Positions 1 to 11,309 of a DNA stretch of 64,000 nt are shown one piece after another. This stretch comes from Mobula hypostoma. Lineage: Eukaryota. The notes under the pieces were generated by a model that saw only the letters and a list, made by a program, of their open reading frames with translations, had not been told where the DNA came from and ran no database searches. The DNA lies in NCBI RefSeq assembly GCF_963921235.1, contig NC_086108.1:75208001-75272000 (forward strand). Reading direction: 5' to 3'. The stretch's first letter is position 1. Each line of letters starts with the position of its first letter. The position numbers and the translations under genes are program-made.

Positions 1-440
1 CCCATAGAGTTAGTAAATGCTTGATATCCCATTGGCTCACTCTAGCTCATGGCTGTTAGCCGTGCGTGTATCTTCTGGAGGATTGCTGAGGCAACAGAAC
101 CCTGGAAAATGTGGTCCACATCCTATATCTTGGTATCCACCTTTCAGTGAAGGTCACCATCAACTACAATGCACCAGAATAGCCTTAGCAGACCTAGCAC
201 AAAACCCATTCTCTACTGAACAGCAATGACATCTGCCTGCCCATAAGCTATCTAGAACTGGACTTCTTACAGGATGGAGTGGAAGGGAGTGGAAAGATAC
301 CACCACCATTATCTCCATATCAACCTCTGCCCTTCTATATTCCTCTGAGGCCTAGACCACTGACAGGGTTACTTACAGCAGTCACCACAAGACATTGGAA
401 AATTACCAAATATTGCATCTCAAACTCCTCCTAATTCACA

Positions 441-745
441 GTTATACAGCACAGAAACAAGCTCTTTGACCCACTGAGTTCACAGTGACCATCAGGCACC
501 CTTTTACAGTAATCCCATTTTATTCTTTCCACAATTCCCATTCCCTTTCCCAGATTCAGTTGTAAAATGTGCCCACCCAGGGTAATTTGCAGTGGCCCGC
601 TAACCTACTCTATGCACATTTTTTGAGATGTGGGAGGAAGTGGAGCCACTAGGAGAAACCCCACACAGTCATGGAAATGTGCAAGCTTATCAGAGTCGAC
701 ACAGGAGGTCGGGTTTGAACCCAGCTCACTGGAGCTTTATTCACA
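441..745 (-). mobile_element. tRNA-derived SINE (HE1/V-SINE-like) with CR1-type 3' tail
   Basis: The minus strand carries a B-box-like gggttcaaacc (~712-722), a central ...tttctcc...cttcctcccaca domain and a CR1-like tail (...gtttctgtgctgtataac). Confidence 0.7.
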
Positions 746-959
746 GGATCACTGGGTCACTATTCAGTGCAAGGAAATGTATTGTCAATACCTTCTCTCA
801 GGCCAGAATCGTTAGCACTGAAGTCCTAGTCGCAGTCAGACAGGGTGCTATCATTTGCATTGCTAGGCATCCAGAGAAAATACTTCCTTGAAGTGCAACA
901 TTTCCACTTACCGCTAGGAACATCTAACTACTGCAACAATCTTTTGGATGAACTTAGAT

Positions 960-1160
960 CAAGCAGCTTTTGGACGGGGAAAGGAATTGTCAATGACCCA
1001 TGTCAAAATCTTGCATCGGGGCCAAGAGTGGAGAGGGGAGATAGCTGATGCACCTTTCCATTCCTTTTTATCCCTCCTCTCCCACCACAGGTGCCAATCA
1101 ATCTGCTGAGTTCTTTGAGAAGATTGTTGCTTTGGATTCCAGCATCTGCTGTCTCCTTCA
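960..1160. mobile_element. Old degenerate Penelope-like terminal-repeat fragment
   Basis: atctgctgagttctttgag...ttccagcatctgctgtc resembles the PLE 3' terminus seen at 42190-42285. Confidence 0.45.
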
Positions 1161-2232
1161 GAATGGACAGGGATACTGAACTTTGTATTGATAATCTCAT
1201 GGCTATTCATTGGGAGCACACAACACTGCTTCACAAACAAAACACCTATTCACCTCATCATCTACCTCCTGTCCCATGAGTGCAAGAGCTAACAGTCCCT
1301 GCATTAGCCACCATGAACTCTCAAAACTGGTGTGAAAGCAAGTCATCCTCAGTCCTGAGGATTTCCCTCAGAAGGAAAAGTAAGGAGTTCGGCAGACGCA
1401 GACAATGACTTCGGCGAAGAATGTGCTTTCCAGCACAGTCAAGCTTTTAAAGGAACATTCAGCAAATTAAAAGTGCTTTATTACATCTTGGTTTGACTTT
1501 CACTTTGATAGAAAATTAAACTAATTCAGCATCTGAATCAGAGCCAGTTTTCTTACCCCAAAGTAAATATGGCTTCTTTGATTGTGAATTTCAAGTAAGT
1601 AAAACAAACAGAACAAAATTAATCACAAATATTTTTATTCAGAAAGTTACGATTGAAAAAACATATCTAATTACCGTTTAGCTCAATGATTTATTTTACA
1701 GAGACAAGAATAAACATGAAGCAACTATAAAATAAGTGTTTAACTACAAGCTGCTTGCAATCTTCTATATTATTTCATTCCATTATTTATGTGGAGAATA
1801 GAAGATAATTAGGTGCATATTATATGGGTTTGGTGATCAGATAAATCACCAGATTAATTTGGAATTATTGATTCTATGATCCAAATTTCTAAAAAGTGTG
1901 TTATAAACTTGACAGCATTCACAGTATTCCTTGCTTTTGTACTACATATCTACTTGCTGGCTCTTAATACATGCTGAAGTTTCCATGTTTAGCATCTGTA
2001 TTATGGTAAGGAGGTTTATCTGTACTTTTAACTTTGTTAACAAGTTACATTTGACATAAGTGCAGAGCTCTTTGTTCTCTGCTTTTTCATAAATTACATC
2101 TCTGTAAAAATATGATAATTTTAAATTTCTGATTACTTCTTTTCTTTGATGCATATTCTTAGTCTTTAAAAGCATTCTCAGTTGCATCATTAGCTTTCTG
2201 GCCCAACACTGCAAAGCTGCATTACAGGCAAA

Positions 2233-4255
2233 AGAGTTCAAATTTATTGTCACCCAATGGTACATATATACAAACAAATGAAACAACATTCCTCCAGACC
2301 ATGATGCACCCTCGAAACATATATCATGCACAGCGCATAAATCAAAATATTACAATAAATAAATCAACAGAATATAATCTAAAATGCATGTAGCGTGCAG
2401 CACAGGTGAACAGTACAGAGAGCTGCTCGCTGTCCTCGTGACAAGTCCTCAGAAGTGGCAGAGTATTCATTAGCCTCGCAACCAGAGGGGAGAAGTTGTT
2501 ACCCAGGCTGGCAGTCTTAGTCCTGATGCTTTTGTATCTCCTTCCTGATGGTAGTGGGTTAAAGAGATTATGGAATGGGAGGGATTCTCAGTAATGCATC
2601 AGGCCCTTCATCTGCAATAATCCCAATAAATTTCACAAATAGCGGTGAGGGAGACCCCTATGATAGTTTTTACTATCCTTTGTAGGGTCTTGTGGTCCGA
2701 AGCCTTGTAGTCTCCACACCCCCCACACAATGATGCAGCCAGACAAGACAATCTCGATGGTGCTCCTATACAAAGTTGCTGAGTGGGGGTGTGGAGCCTT
2801 GCATGTGTCAATCTCTTCAGAAAGTGTAGACGTTGCTGTGCCTTCTTGACAAGTGAGAAGGTGTTGTTGGTCCAGGTTAGATCATCCATTATGTACACAC
2901 CAAGGAACTTGTGCTCTTCATTCTCCCCATTGCAGAGCCACTGATATGCAATGGAGAGTGGTCAGCCTGTGCTTCCACAATCACCTCTTTAACCTTGTCC
3001 ACGTTGAGACTCAGATTGTTGTTCTCACAGCATTTGACAAGCCTCTTTACCTCCTCTCTGTATACTGACTCATCATTATTGCTGATGAGGCCAACCACTG
3101 TGAACTTGATGGCGGCTTGAGCTGAACCTGGCAGTGCAGCCGTGAGTCAGAAGCATGAACAGCAGTGGAGAGTGCACACTGCCCATGGGGCCGCCAGTGC
3201 TCAGTGTGATGGAGCTTGAGATGCTGCTGCCAACTCGAACTGACTGGGCCCTTCCCATCAAGTAGTCCAAGATCAATTTACAGAGAGGGGCATTGAGTCC
3301 CAACCAGGACAGTTGACCCACCAACCTCTGAGGGATGATCGTGTTAAATGGCAAGTTGAAGTCAATGAAAAATATCCTGGAGTATAAGGCATCATTTTCC
3401 AGATGGGACAGGATAAAGTAGAGGGCTGAGGTGACGGCATCATCAGTGGAGCGGTTTGGGTGGTAGGTGAACCGGAAAGGGTTTAATATAGCTGGAGGGT
3501 GGGACTATATGATCTATTACCAGCCGTTCAAAGCACTTCATAAAGCACTGGGCGGTAATCGTTTAGGCCAGTTACCGTCACTCCCTTGGGCACTGGAATA
3601 ATGGTGGCTGCTTTGAAGCAGGTAGGGACAGTGGACTGTTTCAGAGAAATATTTAAGATGCTTGTTAAGACCTCTATTAGCTGAGGCACACAGTCCCTCA
3701 GCATCTGTTTTCCAGAACTGCAGCTTTGCATTGGGTTTACCCTAGCTAAGATCCTTCTCACCTCAGATGTGACCAGAGAGGGTGCCTGTTTCTTGGGGGA
3801 GAGGGGGCTTTCCTTGATGCCACATCATTCAATGTGTCAAATCGTGCATAGAAGGCATTCAGCCTGTCAGGAAGGGAGGCGTCACTGTTGTTGTCTCGCA
3901 GGGTGGGTTTACAATCGTTATGGTTCGTGTACTTTGCCACACGTGCCGCGTGTTCCTGGTGTCACAAAGGTGTCTGTGGATTTTCATGCTTTGCCTTCCT
4001 GATGGCACAGGAGAGCGCAGAACTTGCTTACCTTAATGTCACCCTGTCCTCTGGTCATGATCTCTAAACAGTGCACAAACCCTGCAGTCAGCCATGGTCT
4101 CTGATTTGCCCTGGCAGTACAATATTTTACACTGTCCTCAATGTATTTCCCTATGTAGCCAGTCACCGATCCCACATATTCATCAATGTTGATGTGATGG
4201 TCATATGTAGCATAGAAGAGGAGACACAGGCAATGTGCATCACCACAAAATAGTG
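2233..4255 (-). mobile_element. Degraded Rex1/Babar-type LINE (RT region and 3' UTR)
   Basis: Frameshifted ORF pieces FNTIIPQRL..LGLNAPLCKLILDYL..STGGPMGSVHSPLLF, NNLSLNVDKVKEVIV, KKAQQRLHFL and FKAATIIPVPK..LNDYRPV. Confidence 0.85.
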
Positions 4256-4330
4256 GGTACTGATAAAAGCAACACACACAAAAAATGCTGGCGAATGCAG
4301 CAGGTCAGGCAGCATCTATAGGAAGAGGTA

Positions 4331-4368
4331 CAGTCGAAATTTCGTGCCGGGACCCTTCATCAGGACTG
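4331..4368 (-). ncRNA. Minimal hammerhead ribozyme motif (PLE-associated, mutated)
   Basis: Reverse complement cagtc CTGATGA a gggtcccggcac GAAA tt TC gactg; stem I cagtc/gactg is perfect. Confidence 0.65.
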
Positions 4369-5897
4369 TGGGAGACAATGGCCTGGTGCTCCTTAGTGGG
4401 GTCATGATCGAGGGGTAAACAAGAGGAAGTATCCGCGAGTTGACGCTGTGCCTCGGCAAGGTAAAGGTCAGTACGCCAGACTACAACAGCACCCTCCTTA
4501 ACAGTGGGTTTTATAGTAACGTTAGGATTAGTGCGGAGGGAGTGGAGAGCAGAGTGTTCAGAAGGAATGAGGTTGGAATGGGGACAAGGTGCGGTGAAGT
4601 CGAGACTGTTGATGTCCCGTCGGCAGTTAGCAATAAAGAGATCCAGAGCAGGCAGAAGATCAGAGCGGGGTGTCCATGAAGAGGAGGAGGGTTGAAGACA
4701 GGAGAAGGGGTGATTAGTGGGGGTGGGAGAGTCCTTGCCGAAGAAGTGGGTTCGAAGACGGAGCCGACGAAAGAAGAGTTCAGCGTCATGGTGTACACGG
4801 AACTCGCTGAGGTGTGGGCGAAGGGGGACAAAGGTAAGGCCCTTACTGAGGACAGAGCTCTCTGCCTCAGAGAGTGGGAGGTCAGAGGGGATAGTAAAGA
4901 CCCAGCGCGGGTGAGAGCTGGGAGCAGAAGGGGGAAGGGGGAGGCTGGCGGTGTCAGTGGAGAGGGGAAGGTTTGGGTGAGAGGAAGATGGAGCCTCTGA
5001 GGGCCCAGGAGCTGACAATGGGATCTGAGGGAGACGGGGTCGCAGAGTGGTGGTGGGGGAAGGGGAGATGGGAGTCACAGTAGCAGCACGTGAAGACCCA
5101 GCCTGGAGTTTAAGGCTGGAGTTGCAGTTGATGGTTGCGCAATCACTTTGAAGGTGTCCATGGTCGTTGCTGGAGTCCGGGTTTTGAATATGCCCTGGGG
5201 TGTTGGAGCCGGGGAGATCAATGGCAGGGGCCGGAATCCAAAGTTCATACCTGCTAACGTCGGGGCCAGCAGGCTCTGGCGTCTGCAGATGTAAGATCTA
5301 GCGATCCTTGCCTAACATGACAAAGTCCAAGAAACGGCGATTGCACTTATGAATCCGATGGAGGATGACGTTCCGGGTAGGACCATTACAAACAGCGAAG
5401 AAAGTGTCCCTGAGGTGTGGAAAGGTCTTGGATAGGGACGCCAAGTACCTCCTCTTGGTGGAGAGCGTCGCCTTCAGAGCTTGAAGGGAGAAGCTACAGG
5501 AAGCAGAATCAATAAAATGTGAGTACCTGGCATCTTCAGAAGGTCCAAATTGAGAGGCTCGAAAACTAATCCTGAAGCCAGCTGGAGTAAGTTGGAGGTG
5601 GAGGCATGTTCCAAGGAAGGATATATGGCTGTGATAGCGAGTCTGAGTCAAAGTGTGGTCGAAAAGTTGAAGAGCCGAAGAAATTATAGATGGGGAGCAC
5701 TGAGAGAGGGTTTCACTAAACTCCCGTCGAAGAGAAGATCTGAACTTCTTCAGTGTAGGCATCACTGGAAGAGGCTTCGCAGTAGTGAATTTAAAAACGC
5801 AAACGCGAGGAAATCTGCAGATGCTGGAAATTCAAGCAACACACACAAAAAATGTTGGTGAACGCAGCAGGTCGGGCAGCATCTATAGGAAGAGGTA

Positions 5898-5928
5898 CAG
5901 TTTCGGGTCGGGACCCTTCGTCAGGACT
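5898..5928 (-). ncRNA. Hammerhead motif lacking the GTC cleavage site
   Basis: Reverse complement agtc CTGACGA a gggtcccgaccc GAAAC tg; the consensus gtcgac is deleted. Confidence 0.55.
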
Positions 5929-6068
5929 TTTGCAAAGGTTTGAGAGGAGAAAGTGTGAGATGAGTCTATTTCTAGTAAAAAGAAGACATTAATGCTGACA
6001 TTTTGCCTACAAAACCCTGCTCTGAGGTGTCCAAGAGGTGTCTATTGTCTGAGGCTAATGTGCTGAGA

Positions 6069-6083
6069 TGTATGTGTGTGTCT

Positions 6084-6114
<31 letters not shown>

Positions 6115-6120
6115 CTTGTG
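6069..6120. repeat. (TG)n microsatellite
   Basis: Imperfect tgtgtg run read directly. Confidence 0.95.
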
Positions 6121-6263
6121 CATGCACGTATTAGCTATGTATCTCACGATGGTTACTATTAGTGAGGACGTTTGCACTTCTAGCACCAATACCTGCTTAA
6201 AGAATGCTGATCACAGTGCAAAGAAGACACATTTGAGTACAACCCAGCAAGTATCATCTCATT

Positions 6264-8769
6264 GAGACCACCGCCGCATTGTGTCCAAGTTCAGGCTTCG
6301 CATTCTGCCCATGAGAAGACCCCAAGGGCAGAAGACTGCAAAGAGGTTGAATGTCTCCAAGCTGAAAAGCAGCAGGGCTGCAGAAGAATTCATCGATGAC
6401 CTTGAAGGCAGACTGCCAGACACACCACAGGAAAACGGGACCAGCGTTGAGGAACAGTGGACGGCCTTCAGAGACGCTGTCTACAGTACCGCCCTCGAAC
6501 ATCTCGGACCAGCAACCCGATAAAACCAAGACTGGTTCGATGAGAATGATGAAGAAATACAGGCACTACTAATGGAGAAACATCAACATTACAGAGCACA
6601 TCAGAATGACCCCACGTCGCTAGCCAAGAAAGATGCCTTTACCAACGCAAGAGGAAAGGTGCAGAAAAAACTTTGCGAGATGAGGACAGCTGGTTCAGCA
6701 AGAAGGCCGATGAAATCCAGGGCTATGCAGACAGCCACGACATAAAGCGCTTCTACGATGCGCTTAAGGCTGTATACGGACCCCAGTCCTCCGGCTCCTC
6801 ACCCCTCCTCAACGCAGATGAGACGCAGCTGCTGACAGAGAAGAAGCAGATTCTGGATCGGTGGGCTGAGCACTTTAACAACGTCCTTAACCGCCCTGCC
6901 AACATCAACGACGAGGCCATTGCCTGCCTGCCCCAGGTAGAGATCAACAAGAACCTCGACACCCTCCCCACAGTAGATGAAGTCAGGAAGGCAGTGAAGC
7001 AACTCTCCTGTGGCAAAGTGCCAGGACCCGATGCAATCCCTGCTGAGGTATACAAAGCAGGCGGCCCTGTCATGATGCAAAAGCTGACTGTACTCTTCCA
7101 GTCCATGTGGAAAAAGGGACAGGTCCCGCAACAGCTGAAAGATGCCAGCATAGTCCACATCTACAAGAGGAAAGGCAACCGCCAGTCTTGTGACAACCAC
7201 CGAGGCATCTCCCTCTTGTCCATTGCGGGGAAGATTCTGGCCCGTGTCCTGCTCAACCGCCTTCTCCAACATCTTGAGCAAGGTCTGCTCCCAGAAAGTC
7301 AGTGCGGCTTCCGTGCTGAATGTGGGACCGCGGACATGATTTTTGCTGCGCGCCAACTCCAGGAAAAATGCCAGGAGCAACACAGCGACCTCTTCGTGAC
7401 CTTTGTCGATCTAACCAAGGCTTTCGATACGGTCAGCAGAGAAGGCTTGTGGAAGATCATGGAGAAGTTTGGCTGCCCCAGCAAGTTCATCACAATCGTC
7501 CGGCAGTTCCACGACGATATGATAGTGAAAGTTCTGGATGACGGCGACGAGTCGGAGGCCTTCCCAGTGACAAATGGCGTCAAACAAGGCTGCGTTCTTG
7601 CCCCGACTCTGTTCAGTATGGTATTCTCTGCCATGCTGACAGATGCCTTCCGTAACTACGAAGAAGGAATCCACGTCAGATACAGGACTGACGGCAGGTT
7701 GTTCAACCTTAGGCGCCTGCACGCAGTTACAAAGGTGCGAGAGACTGTCATCAGAGACTTCTTGTTTGCTGATGACTGCGCACTCAACGCCAGCACAGAG
7801 CAGGAGATGCAGCGTGAAATGGACTGCTTCTCACAAGGCTGCGACAACTTCGGTCTCACTATCAGCATCAAAAAGACCGAAGTTATGTACCAGCCTGCCC
7901 CAGGAAAACCATACCAAGAGCCACGCATCACGGTGAAGGGCCAGAACCTCCAGGCAGCCGACAACTTCACCTACCTGGGCAGCATACTCTCTCGCGCAGT
8001 GAACATAGACGCTGAGGTCAACAACAGGATTGCCAAAGCCAGCGCCGCCTTTGGGAGACTCCGTGAGAACGTCTGGGAGCGGAGAGGACTCAGCCTTACC
8101 ACCAAGCTGAAGGTCTACTGTGCAGTGGTCCTTACCACCCTCCTTTACGCCAGCAAGACCTGGACTGTCTACAGCAGACACGCCAAACAGCTCAACCACT
8201 TTCACCTGAGCTGTCTCTGCAGACTCCTCCACATCAGGTGGCAGGACAAGGCCCCCGACACGGAAATCCTGGAACGAGCTGGGCTCTGCAGCGTCTACAC
8301 CCTCCTGCTGAAAGCCCAAGCCAGGTGGGCTGGACATGTGGTCAGAATGCCAGACAGCCGATTGCCTAACCAGCTGCTGTACGGAGAACTGTGTCAGGGC
8401 AAGCGCTCAGTCAAGGGGCAGAAGAAACGTTACAAAGACTGCCTCAAAGCGTCCCTCAAAGGCCTGAGTGTCGACATCAACACGTGGGAGACGCTTGCCC
8501 TCGACCATCCAGCTTGGCGCAGCAAGATCACCACAGGAGCCCGTGCAGCTGAAGTCAGGCGCATCATCGAGGCACAACGAAAGCGTGCTGTGTGCAAGGC
8601 CCGAGCAGCATCCACTGCCACGACAGCACCCACCCACTTGTGTCCCACATGTGGGCGAGCCTTCAGGGCCCGGATTGGCCTCATCAGTCAGCTCCGGACC
8701 CACAGCCACCAATCTCCCATTTGACTTTGAACCCATGGTCATCTTCGACTACGAAGGATGAACAACAAC
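6264..8769 (+). mobile_element. Young 5'-truncated RTE-clade LINE
   Basis: 11-bp TSD atcatctcatt (6253-6263 / 8770-8780) and a (CAA)n-type tail. The RT ORF has one stop at 6521-6523 and a frameshift near 6683. Confidence 0.93.
6673..8724 (+). CDS. RTE reverse transcriptase with C-terminal C2H2-like motif (683-aa open segment of a 5'-truncated element)
   Basis: Motifs NHRGISLLSIAGK, PESQCGFR, FVDLTKAFD, GVKQGCVLAP, FLFADD, FTYLGS and CPTCGRAF...LRTH. Confidence 0.9.
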   Translation: MRDEDSWFSKKADEIQGYADSHDIKRFYDALKAVYGPQSSGSSPLLNADETQLLTEKKQILDRWAEHFNNVLNRPANINDEAIACLPQVEINKNLDTLPTVDEVRKAVKQLSCGKVPGPDAIPAEVYKAGGPVMMQKLTVLFQSMWKKGQVPQQLKDASIVHIYKRKGNRQSCDNHRGISLLSIAGKILARVLLNRLLQHLEQGLLPESQCGFRAECGTADMIFAARQLQEKCQEQHSDLFVTFVDLTKAFDTVSREGLWKIMEKFGCPSKFITIVRQFHDDMIVKVLDDGDESEAFPVTNGVKQGCVLAPTLFSMVFSAMLTDAFRNYEEGIHVRYRTDGRLFNLRRLHAVTKVRETVIRDFLFADDCALNASTEQEMQREMDCFSQGCDNFGLTISIKKTEVMYQPAPGKPYQEPRITVKGQNLQAADNFTYLGSILSRAVNIDAEVNNRIAKASAAFGRLRENVWERRGLSLTTKLKVYCAVVLTTLLYASKTWTVYSRHAKQLNHFHLSCLCRLLHIRWQDKAPDTEILERAGLCSVYTLLLKAQARWAGHVVRMPDSRLPNQLLYGELCQGKRSVKGQKKRYKDCLKASLKGLSVDINTWETLALDHPAWRSKITTGARAAEVRRIIEAQRKRAVCKARAASTATTAPTHLCPTCGRAFRARIGLISQLRTHSHQSPI

Positions 8770-9189
8770 ATCATCTCATTACTCTGTTTACACTGTGCTT
8801 GTCTTTTGGCATATATTTGATGAATACATTTTATTTCTGGCATAAAAAAAAATTTGCACACCTTAGAGAATGGCAACCCCAAGAGAATAAGCATTAAACA
8901 GTCAGAGCTGGCCAAGCTTCTAAAAGGAGGAGGAGTGAGAAGGAGGGAGCTTAGCAGAAACTGCATCCGGCAAAGGTGTTCAGAGGGCAACTAACAATCA
9001 GGATCATCTTTGCAAATCCAGCCATAGCTCCAAACTCAGAGTGGCACTGTCACTATCTGGCAAGATTGTTTTCCCCTTCATATGTTGAACACCGTTTGAT
9101 TTAGAGATATGCACAGCTCTGTGCAGTTTGCCTTCTACCATTGCTTAAGGTCTCCAACTCCATAGTTTAATAAAAATTGAGCTGAGGAT

Positions 9190-9360
9190 ACGGATACGAT
9201 AGGGTCTTTTAAGAGACCCCTGGATAGGTACATGGAGCTTAGAAAAATAGAGGACTTTGGGTAACCCTAGGTAATTTCTAAAATAAGTATATGTTCCGCA
9301 CAGCATCGTGGACCGAAGGGCCTGTATTGTGCTGTAGGTTTTTTTTGTTTCTATGTTTCA
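9190..9360 (+). mobile_element. CR1 3' tail fragment
   Basis: gatagggtcttttaagagac...gtggaccgaagggcctgtattgtgctgtagg...tttctatg; same family as 21150-21424 and the element starting at 50577. Confidence 0.8.
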
Positions 9361-11309
9361 TTTTTTTTTTCTTCTCAGAGGGCAGCAGTAAGCGTAAGCA
9401 GGTGGCTTTGCAAGAATCACATTTTTTCTAAGATGCTGTATGTCATCAAAGGTATGCATTTCATTTTGCAGGAGCTAAGTTGAAATATACTACCACTCAA
9501 CTCAATTTCTATCCTTTGACTGCATGTGACTGCATAGTTGTCTAGCAATAGTTATGATACTTTTAGTCTCTAACAATTCCCAATACTACCAAACCATTTG
9601 ACTACAACAAGCCAATAGGTTTAAGAAAAAGGGAATCTATTAATGGCTTGGCCCTTGATTCTAATGCATAACAAATATATATGTGAGCAAAGTCCACTCA
9701 TCTAACTGCATACTGCCACACCAAAAAAAAACTAATAAAGTGGAGCATTACTGTGCTCAAATAGTAAGTTGACTGTCTGGTAATGTTCTGATTGTTGGAA
9801 GGAGCTGGTTGATGCTCATCAGATTCAATATCAAGATAATCTGAGAGATACTTGCTTACACTATCTACAACGTTTGTAAATCAGAAGTTGTGAGATCAGG
9901 GTGAAAAATCTTCTGAGAGGAGATACAGTATGAACATATTGTGAACTTTGATAGTTTCAAACTCAATATGGATGTATACAACATGAAATTAAAGGTGTAT
10001 GTTGACAAAGTTCCCTATTTTAAGGAATTGGGAACAAAATAGAAAACACTCTAGGAGTGAAAAGCAATTACTCAAAATGCCAAAAGGAAGTGGTATTCCT
10101 CAGGGGTTAGTGCTAGGGTGACTGCTTTTCCTTATATTTACATAAATGGTTTGGACGCAAGAACCAGAAATACAATTGCAATCTTTGTAAGTGACATCTT
10201 GAAGGATAAGCATGGTTTGGGTGCATTAGTTTCAATATAGATATATCTTGATAGGAAAAATAGCAAGCCTGAAAAAAAGTCTATAAAAAATAAAATCCAA
10301 GTGGAGCTTCAATATTAGATAGTCATCAATAAATCCAAAAGAAAGTTCAGGAGTAATTTTTGCATCCAAAGAGGCAAATGGACAAATTCAAAGAAACAAA
10401 ATGAGAGAATTAGAATCTGGCTTTTTATCAGTGACATCTGTCATGAAATTTGTTGTTTTGTAGCTGCAGTACAGTGCAAGACATAAAAATTACTATAAAT
10501 TACAAAAATAAATTGTGGAAAAGAGGAATAAAAGGGTATGCCAGTAAAAGAGAGGCAGCAGGCTCATTGTGCAGCATTGAGCCAAATGGACTGTTTCTGT
10601 GATATGCTTCTGTGCAGTGCTATGCAGGCAGTCTGTTGGCCACCAGTGCTGTTGGATCACTCTTCTGTATTAATACTAGAAAATTCTAGGAAATGGTTGT
10701 ATTTTTGTTCCGGGGTAACTTCAGCTGCCATAATGCATTAACTTTTCAGACCGAGAACCTGGCGGTGGAAAGTTGAAAGAGTGAACTGCAATGTAAGGAT
10801 TGGATCAAATTATTCAACTTTAACTTAAATTAATGCATAAGAATTGAAGTGAACTGTCGTATTTCTGTTTAATTGCAACATATGGTGTTAAAGATTCTTT
10901 ATCTTTAGTAATAATAGTAAGTTATATACACTTGCTATTTAAGTTATTCTGATATAGCCCTGATATAAAATATTTCTCAATTATTGAAGACACATGAGGC
11001 CAATAATGTAACTTCTCCTTTTACATAATTGCAAATAATGGAATAATCATTCCACCACATTTACTGTTGAAGTTGATATACAATGTTGCCAACAGTTTTT
11101 CAATTGAAATTTTATGGTTTATGTTCATTTTCTACATTGTAACATAATAATAATTAGAGTTAATTTCAAGCTGAAATTTTTAATATTTTTTAACAAAACC
11201 TGTCAAAACGTTGATTCAACTATTTCTACTTTTTATCTTTGATATGGATCACATCTGGGTCTCCTAGGAAATTACATCATCCAGTTTCTGGGGCAGAAGC
11301 TGATTCATA

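Larger units (their letters stand above)
4267..5928 (-). mobile_element. Penelope-like element: 5' part of the ORF between two direct pseudo-LTR copies, with the RT core and endonuclease missing
   Basis: ORF 4305-5078 has the PLE N-terminal motifs LSKGLTFVP, FFRRLRLRTHFF, SNL..SE..AL.SLR, IKPTVKEGAVVVW (degenerate IKPADKG) and EAQRQL. Direct repeats at ~4267-4368 and ~5790-5928 carry the hammerhead motif. Confidence 0.85.

Noticed and set aside
1307..1385. gccaccATG followed by a possible gtaagg donor as a first coding exon
   Set aside because: There is no CpG island, recognisable peptide or compatible next exon; it is plausible by chance.
6753..8742. Multiple antisense and alternate-frame ORFs over the RTE
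   Set aside because: They are shadow ORFs of a GC-rich coding sequence with no motifs of their own.
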